From contig JBKHBH010000003.1 in assembly GCA_046542505.1 (NCBI GenBank), forward strand, positions 1-62,372: a DNA stretch of 62,372 nucleotides, in the 5' to 3' direction. Positions 56,601-62,372 of the stretch are shown here, in pieces. The position numbers and the translations under genes are program-made. Positions within the stretch are counted from its first letter, which is position 1. Each line of letters starts with the position of its first letter. Source of the stretch: Thermovirgaceae bacterium (GTDB lineage: Bacteria; Synergistota; Synergistia; Synergistales; Thermovirgaceae). Under the pieces are notes generated by a model. That model was not told the origin of the DNA. It was given only the letters and a program-made list of their open reading frames with translations, and searched no databases.

Positions 56601-57995
56601 TCAGTCATGGAAAAGGCCTTTCACCGCTGCGGGAATTATTCTTTCGTCGCCATCCAGTAATGTGCGGACATGGAGTACAACCGCCCCGTTTTCCACCACT
56701 CCGATGACGGGTATCCTGTGTCGCCTCAAACCGTCGAGTATTGCCTGCTCGTCACGTTCTTTCGATTCAATCCGAATCCCTTTTCCTTCAAGAGACGTCT
56801 CAGGAAAGGCGCCTCCTCCAACAACATCTTCTACCTCTGCAATAGTCACTTTACATTTGCCGCCGGCAACCTCCAGTATTTTTTCACGGAGTTTTACCGC
56901 AACTTTCTCGAGGTCCGCTGTCGTAATAGACAGCATCCGAAGTGTCGGAATTTCGTGGTATTTTCCCTCGAGATATAGCCTGAGCGTCCTTTCCATGGCC
57001 GCGAGGGTCATCTTGTCGATCCTCAGGGCCCTGAGGAAGGGATGTTTTTTCAGTTTTTCAACGAGCGGTCGCCTTCCGACAATACTCCCGGCCTGTGGTC
57101 CCCCGAGAAGCTTGTCACCCGAGAAAGTCACGAGATCAACTCCCGCCTCAATACATTCTCTCACCGTTGGTTCGCCAAAAAGACCGAATTCGCTGCAGTC
57201 GACAAGAACTCCGCTTCCGAGATCTTCGGCGAACAAAAGGTCTTTTTCCTTCGCGAGTTCGGCAAGCTCTTTCCTTGAAGGGGAAGAATGGAAACCAACA
57301 ATGCGGAAATTCGACGGATGCACCTTCAAGATCATGCGCGTCCGTTCCGAAAGGGCGTTTTTGTAATCTTCAAGCCTGGTCCTGTTGGTCGTTCCCACTT
57401 CCACGAGTTTCGCACCGGAAAGGGCCATGATGTCAGGTATTCGAAAAGACCCGCCGATTTCTACCAGTTCCCCCCTGGAGACGATGACTTCTTCCCCGGA
57501 AGCGAAGGCGGAAAGAAGCAGAAGTACGGCCCCTGCATTGTTGTTGACCACGACGGCACCATCGCTTCCCGTCAGCTGGGAGAGGATCCATTCGACGTGG
57601 TCGTTTCGCTGGCCACGTGATCCGCTTTCTATATCATATTCGAGAGTGCTGTAGTACGCTGCCGTTTGGCTCACAGCTTCGACAGCCTCTGGTGCCAGGC
57701 AGGACCGGCCGAGATTCGTGTGCACGACAACGCCGGTGGCATTCACCACCCTGTTCAGGCTCGGCCGGGAATATTTTAAGAGTCTTCCTTCGATCTCTGC
57801 GCGGATGTTTTCCAAAGAAACTGAGTCGGTATCTCCGACACGGATGGATTTTCTCACTTCGCCGATGACATTGGAAACCACTGCTTTGACGGCTTTTCTT
57901 CCAAGTGTTTTTTCAAAAAAGGAAATCTCGCAAAGCGACAGAAGTTCATCCATGGCAGGCAACTGTCGCAGCATGTTTCGTCGATTCTGGTCCAT
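56601..57995 (-). CDS. selA: L-seryl-tRNA(Sec) selenium transferase
   Basis: VNATGVVVHTNLGR, VNNNAGA, SRGELVEIGGSFRIP, EVGTTNRT, FSGDKLLGGPQAG. Confidence 0.97.
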   Translation of the reverse strand: MDQNRRNMLRQLPAMDELLSLCEISFFEKTLGRKAVKAVVSNVIGEVRKSIRVGDTDSVSLENIRAEIEGRLLKYSRPSLNRVVNATGVVVHTNLGRSCLAPEAVEAVSQTAAYYSTLEYDIESGSRGQRNDHVEWILSQLTGSDGAVVVNNNAGAVLLLLSAFASGEEVIVSRGELVEIGGSFRIPDIMALSGAKLVEVGTTNRTRLEDYKNALSERTRMILKVHPSNFRIVGFHSSPSRKELAELAKEKDLLFAEDLGSGVLVDCSEFGLFGEPTVRECIEAGVDLVTFSGDKLLGGPQAGSIVGRRPLVEKLKKHPFLRALRIDKMTLAAMERTLRLYLEGKYHEIPTLRMLSITTADLEKVAVKLREKILEVAGGKCKVTIAEVEDVVGGGAFPETSLEGKGIRIESKERDEQAILDGLRRHRIPVIGVVENGAVVLHVRTLLDGDERIIPAAVKGLFHD

Positions 57996-58142
57996 GTCCA
58001 GCCCCCCGAATTACTTGTCATGCAACAAGTTTACAGCATCGCCTCCACTTGCGGAATCCGTCGGCACCGGGCAAGGGCAAAACCTTCGGGACATGGTACT
58101 ATTTACAGGGATATTAATCGAAAAAAAAACGGGGTGAACCAA

Positions 58143-58757
58143 ATGCAGCGCATAGACGCACGGGGTGAAGCCTGCCCCAAACCTGTCATAATGGCAAAAA
58201 AAGCGGCAGATGAAAAGTCCGGGTCCTTCGAAATGATTGTCGATTCACAAGTGTCGGCAACCAATGTCAGGAGGTTTCTTGAAAGCAGGGGGTATGAAAT
58301 CGCTTCCACGGAGGGTCCTCGCGGCACCTTTCTTCTGAAATGCACGACGCCTCAAGAAAAAACCGAAACAGCGCCGGAGGTGACCGCTGAAGCGTTGCCA
58401 CAGAAGCCGGGAAAGGGAACCACGACAACGGTCCTGATTACTTCTTCGGTTCTTGGGGAAGGGGACGACCTGTTGGGGGAAGCTCTCATGAAAGCCTTCC
58501 TCGACACGCTGTCCGGTTCAGTCGGGTTTACCGGTACAGTGGCCCTTATGAACAGCGGAGTCATGCTCTCTCTCGTGGAGAATTCCGCTTCAGAAAGTCT
58601 CCGCCTGCTTCAATCCGAAGGCTGTCGTATCCTGGTGTGCGGGACATGCACGAATCATTACGGAATTACCGAAAACGTCTCCGTCGGAACCGTATCGAAC
58701 ATGTTCGAAATCACCGAAGCGGTTTTATCGGCGGACAAGACGGTGACGATTCCCTGA
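58143..58757 (+). CDS. yedF: Sulfurtransferase-like selenium metabolism protein YedF (TusA/SirA + DsrE-like)
   Basis: IDARG-ACPKPVI, G-GD--LG--LMKAF, NSGV, CGTC---YG, VGTVSNM. Confidence 0.85.
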   Translation: MQRIDARGEACPKPVIMAKKAADEKSGSFEMIVDSQVSATNVRRFLESRGYEIASTEGPRGTFLLKCTTPQEKTETAPEVTAEALPQKPGKGTTTTVLITSSVLGEGDDLLGEALMKAFLDTLSGSVGFTGTVALMNSGVMLSLVENSASESLRLLQSEGCRILVCGTCTNHYGITENVSVGTVSNMFEITEAVLSADKTVTIP

Positions 58758-58763
58758 CTTTGC

Positions 58764-59897
58764 TCAGGAATCAGGCAGCAACAGTTCCCACAGGGCGTTT
58801 CCCACCCTCAGGCCCTCCCGGGTGAGGGCGACATTTTTACCCAGGATCGACAAGTACCGTTCAGGCATTTTTGCAAGCCCGCTGCTGATACGCCCTGCGC
58901 GTTCTCGGCCGAAAAGGCTTTCAAAACCTTTGAGGTCCAAACCCCATGAAGTCCTAAGGGCAAGAACGGCGGTCTCCAGAGCCGCTTCATCCTCTGAAAG
59001 CCTTTCAGACCAGTCCTTCACGGTATATCCGGCTTCGAGCCTTTTTGAATATGTTTCAATGGAAGAGACGTTTTTGTACCTTCTGCCGTTGATCAGCCCC
59101 CACGCTGAAGGTCCCAGACCAATGCAGTCTCTTCTGTACCAATAGCCGAGGTTGTGAAGGCACCAGGCTCCGTCACGGCAGAAACTTGAAACTTCGTACT
59201 GTCTGTATCCTTTACGGGGGAAATAGTATTGCGCCCATCTGTACAGGGGATACCCGTGATGCCTGGCGTCAGGAGGATTATCACCCCACCTTGATCCGGG
59301 CTCTACGGAAAGTTGATAGGCCGAAATGTGTTGAACGCCTCTTCGCATAAGCACGCGGATTGTTTCGTGCCAGCTTCGAAGGTTCTGATCCGGTATCCCG
59401 AAGATCAAATCACAGCTGGTGAGTAACCCTGAACCCAAGGACGCATCCAAAGCTGCAAGAGCCTCTTTAGAATCATGAAGTCGACCGAGTCTCAAAAGCT
59501 CATTGTCATTGATGCTCTGGATCCCGAGGCTTATCCTCGTCGCCTTCCAGCCCTTCCAGAACTCGAGGTGATAATCCTCCAAAGACTCCGGGTTGGCTTC
59601 TATGGTCAGCTCTTCAAGCTTTGAGAGGTCGAAGTTTCTTTCCAGCAATGCAGCAAGTTTTTCCCACTGCCGGAGGGAAAGCATCGTCGGTGTGCCACCG
59701 CCGAAATAGATGGTCCGAACCGGCCTCGAGGAATGAACGGACCTGGTCCATCTTTTGATTTCTTTTCCCAGCGAATCAAGAAAAACTTCAGGAGAAAACT
59801 TTGAAGGTTTGACGCTGTAAAAAGCGCAATAGTGGCACTTACGGCGGCAAAATGGAACATGCACGTAGAGAGAGAGTCCTTCGCTGAAATCTCTCAG
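58764..59897 (-). CDS. hemW: Radical SAM heme chaperone HemW (HemN-like)
   Basis: [45 protein letters not shown]. lepA-hemW synteny. Start inferred as CTG. Confidence 0.9.
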   Translation of the reverse strand: MRDFSEGLSLYVHVPFCRRKCHYCAFYSVKPSKFSPEVFLDSLGKEIKRWTRSVHSSRPVRTIYFGGGTPTMLSLRQWEKLAALLERNFDLSKLEELTIEANPESLEDYHLEFWKGWKATRISLGIQSINDNELLRLGRLHDSKEALAALDASLGSGLLTSCDLIFGIPDQNLRSWHETIRVLMRRGVQHISAYQLSVEPGSRWGDNPPDARHHGYPLYRWAQYYFPRKGYRQYEVSSFCRDGAWCLHNLGYWYRRDCIGLGPSAWGLINGRRYKNVSSIETYSKRLEAGYTVKDWSERLSEDEAALETAVLALRTSWGLDLKGFESLFGRERAGRISSGLAKMPERYLSILGKNVALTREGLRVGNALWELLLPDS

Positions 59898-61711
59898 TCC
59901 TGACCCTCCTCCTCGGATTGAAGGAATGACAGAAAGGCCTCCTGGGGGATGGAAACCTTGCCGATCAGTTTCATCTTCTTCTTGCCTTCTTTCTGTTTCT
60001 CCAAAAGCTTTCTCTTTCTGGTCACATCTCCACCATAGCATTTGGAAAGCACGTCCTTGCGGAGTGGTTTTACGTTCTGCCGGACGATCACCCGCTTTCC
60101 GATGGCGGCCTGTATGGGGACTTCGAAAAGCTGTCGCGGGATAAGCTCCTTCAGTTTTCTGACAGCTGCCTGCCCCCGGTGATAGGCTTCTTCCCTGTGA
60201 CAGATGAAGGAAAAGGCATCCACAGGATCTCCACCGATCAGCACATCTACCTTGACGAGGTCCGAAACCCTGACCCCTATGTGCTCGTAGTCGATGGAGG
60301 CATACCCCCTTGTCACCGATTTGATCTTGTCATGAAAATCAATGATGAATTCGGCGAGAGGAATTTCGTAAACAACCCGTGCCCGTTCCGGCGTAATGTA
60401 ATCCATGCTGGTGAAGGCACCACGTTTGTCCTGGCAGGTCTGCATGGCTTTCCCGACGTACTCTGCCGGAACAAACACGGTCACCCGGATGAAGGGTTCG
60501 CTGATTTCCTCTATTTCGCCGGCCTCGGGAAAATCCGAGGGTTTATGGGCTTCAATGACGGATCCATCGGTACACAGGATGCTATACACCACATTCGGCG
60601 CCGTCGCAACTAGATTGATGTCGAATTCCCTGTTCAGGCGTTCCCTGGCAATATCCATGTGAAGAAGACCGAGAAAACCGCACCTGAAACCGAAACCCAG
60701 CGCCGTTGACGTTTCAGGTTCGAAAAAAATCGCCGAATCGTTCAACTGCAGTTTTTCAAGGGCTTCACGGAGTTGCTGGTAATCATCCCTTTCCACGGGG
60801 TAAAAACCACAAAAGACAACGGGTTTTATCTTTTTGTATCCGGGAAGAGGTTTTGACGCAGGTTTGTGTGCCCTAGTGACTGTATCCCCGACACGGGCTT
60901 CCGATACGGATTTGACGTTTGCTATGAGGTATCCCACATCTCCCGGTCCGAGCTCGTCGGCAGGACGCATGTCTGGACGAAACAGGCCTATCTCCTCGAC
61001 CTGGTACGTCCTCGATGTCGCCATAAAAGAAATGGTGTCACCTGTTTTTATCGATCCATTCGCTACTCTTATGGAACAGATGACTCCCCTGTAGTTGTTG
61101 TAGATGGAATCGAAGACAAGAGCCTGCAAGGGGGCATCGGAAGCTCCCGCCGGTGGTGGAACCTTGTCGAGTATCGCCTGAAAGATTCCTTCGATACCGG
61201 TGCCGTCCTTGGCGCTGACCAGACAGGCTTCCGAAGCATCAATGCCGACGAGATCTTCAAGCTCTTTTTTTACGACCTCCGGCTGGGCGGAAGGAAGATC
61301 GATCTTGTTTACGACCGGGATGATTTCCAGCCCCTGATCGACGGCAAGATAGGCGTTTGCTACCGTCTGGGCTTCAACGCCCTGGGAGGCGTCCACGACA
61401 AGAAGAGCTCCTTCGCAGGCGGCCAGAGAACGAGAGACCTCGTAACCGAAGTCAACGTGTCCCGGCGTATCTATAAGATTCAGGATGTATTCGTGCCCGT
61501 CGGTGGCTTTGTACCTCATCTGGACAGGCACCAGCTTTATGGTTATGCCCCTTTCCCTTTCGAGATCAAGGGAGTCCAGCACCTGCTCCCGCATGTTTCT
61601 CGCCTCGACAGTCAGGGTTCGCTCAAGCATCCTGTCGGCCAATGTCGACTTGCCGTGATCAATATGGGCGATAATGCAAAAATTCCGGATGCGCGACTGC
61701 CTGTTGTCCAT
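59894..61711 (-). CDS. lepA: Elongation factor 4
   Basis: [54 protein letters not shown]. Confidence 0.98.
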   Translation of the reverse strand: MDNRQSRIRNFCIIAHIDHGKSTLADRMLERTLTVEARNMREQVLDSLDLERERGITIKLVPVQMRYKATDGHEYILNLIDTPGHVDFGYEVSRSLAACEGALLVVDASQGVEAQTVANAYLAVDQGLEIIPVVNKIDLPSAQPEVVKKELEDLVGIDASEACLVSAKDGTGIEGIFQAILDKVPPPAGASDAPLQALVFDSIYNNYRGVICSIRVANGSIKTGDTISFMATSRTYQVEEIGLFRPDMRPADELGPGDVGYLIANVKSVSEARVGDTVTRAHKPASKPLPGYKKIKPVVFCGFYPVERDDYQQLREALEKLQLNDSAIFFEPETSTALGFGFRCGFLGLLHMDIARERLNREFDINLVATAPNVVYSILCTDGSVIEAHKPSDFPEAGEIEEISEPFIRVTVFVPAEYVGKAMQTCQDKRGAFTSMDYITPERARVVYEIPLAEFIIDFHDKIKSVTRGYASIDYEHIGVRVSDLVKVDVLIGGDPVDAFSFICHREEAYHRGQAAVRKLKELIPRQLFEVPIQAAIGKRVIVRQNVKPLRKDVLSKCYGGDVTRKRKLLEKQKEGKKKMKLIGKVSIPQEAFLSFLQSEEEGQD

Positions 61712-61740
61712 AACACCACTCCCATTGAAGAACGTCCCAT

Positions 61741-61769
61741 ATTCTAGCGGTACGGGACCGTCTTGTCAT
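61741..61769 (-). promoter_or_regulatory. Candidate lepA promoter
   Basis: ATGACA-N17-TAGAAT. Confidence 0.6.
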
Positions 61770-61800
61770 GAAGACGGCAGTGATAACTCCCGCACCACCG

Positions 61801-62372
61801 TCAGCAACGCCGGAGTTCTTCCCGCCAGCCCAAAAGCTGGTCATATGTATTGATATTCATAAAGGATCTTTCGTATCCTGGAATGTCAACGAAACAGTCT
61901 TCGCTGATTTCCGTTACAGTAATGCTTCCGAAAAAGGACGTGGCTTTCCTGGCGCCCTGGCTGAGGCAACGCTCCACGGCGGGAATACACCTTGTGGCAT
62001 AAAAGGCATGAAGCGGTTCCCTGTAGCCGTTCAAAAGCGGGACCACTGCACTGGAATCCTTCTTGCGGCAATTCCAGATTCTTCTGGCGACGCTTTCCAT
62101 CAGACAGGGCATATCGCATCCGACGAGAAAAACCCATTCGTTTGAAGCGGCCTTCATCCCCTGCAAAAGCCCTTCGATCGGTCCTTTCCCAGGCGTTGAA
62201 TCGGTGACGATTCCGTCGACTTTCCCAGGGCTGCCACTTGAAATGCCCGTTTTATAGAGGATCTCGGAGTCACTGGTTGAACAGGAAAGCAGAATCTCGC
62301 TACAGAAGGGGTGAACACGGCTGACCATCACGTCGATCATTTTTCTGCCATCGACATTCAGAAACAGCTTCC
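61801..62372 (-). CDS. mobA: Molybdenum cofactor guanylyltransferase, 5'-truncated by window edge
   Basis: K-FL-VDG--MI, D---GKGPIEG, GCDMP, EPLHAFY, FMNINT. Confidence 0.88.
   Translation of the reverse strand, partial: KLFLNVDGRKMIDVMVSRVHPFCSEILLSCSTSDSEILYKTGISSGSPGKVDGIVTDSTPGKGPIEGLLQGMKAASNEWVFLVGCDMPCLMESVARRIWNCRKKDSSAVVPLLNGYREPLHAFYATRCIPAVERCLSQGARKATSFFGSITVTEISEDCFVDIPGYERSFMNINTYDQLLGWREELRRC

Noticed and set aside
57996..58142. Possible tRNA-Sec (selC) next to selA
   Set aside because: No cloverleaf, UCA anticodon arm or T-loop can be formed on either strand.
1..62372. CRISPR arrays, IS elements, prophage, toxin-antitoxin or defence genes, internal in-frame UGA selenoproteins
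   Set aside because: None seen. Essentially all coding space is explained by full-length housekeeping genes, and intergenic gaps are short.

Overview
A dense, almost entirely core-genome segment of an anaerobic diderm bacterium. The Firmicute-like gene order combined with a beta-barrel-ended MlaD points to Synergistota, but this assignment is an inference. About 70 CDSs, mostly on the minus strand, plus tRNA-Pro(GGG) and tRNA-Ile2(CAU). Content: hypF (partial), glpX-purB-DUF4416-ftsY-ricT-holB-tmk, a SpoIVB-like peptidase-mlaEFD operon, prfB with its programmed +1 frameshift, birA, the pyrR-B-C-K-D-F-E operon, rnc, the fapR-plsX-fab operon, rpmF-yceD-ackA/tmcAL, coaD-rsmD-tsaA-trmB, a four-subunit pyruvate:ferredoxin oxidoreductase, rsmA, hup, der, priA-coaBC-rpoZ-gmk-remA-yicC, plsC-cmk-rluB-scpBA-trpS, Nif3, ferredoxin-purR-ispE-veg, selB-selA/yedF, hemW-lepA and mobA (partial). 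No mobile element, prophage, CRISPR array or defence island was seen. The best candidates for undescribed biology are: (1) the pyr operon leader, which lacks a canonical PyrR-binding loop but has an unannotated 42-codon SD-led leader ORF running through an intrinsic terminator and a 5' hairpin that depends on the transcription start site; (2) a minimal trans-envelope MlaEFD system co-transcribed with a secreted S55 peptidase behind an 18-bp tandem repeat; (3) a helicase-dead PriA; (4) several apparent non-canonical (ATC/CTG) start codons. Start coordinates were refined by eye from SD sites and overlaps. No database searches were run.
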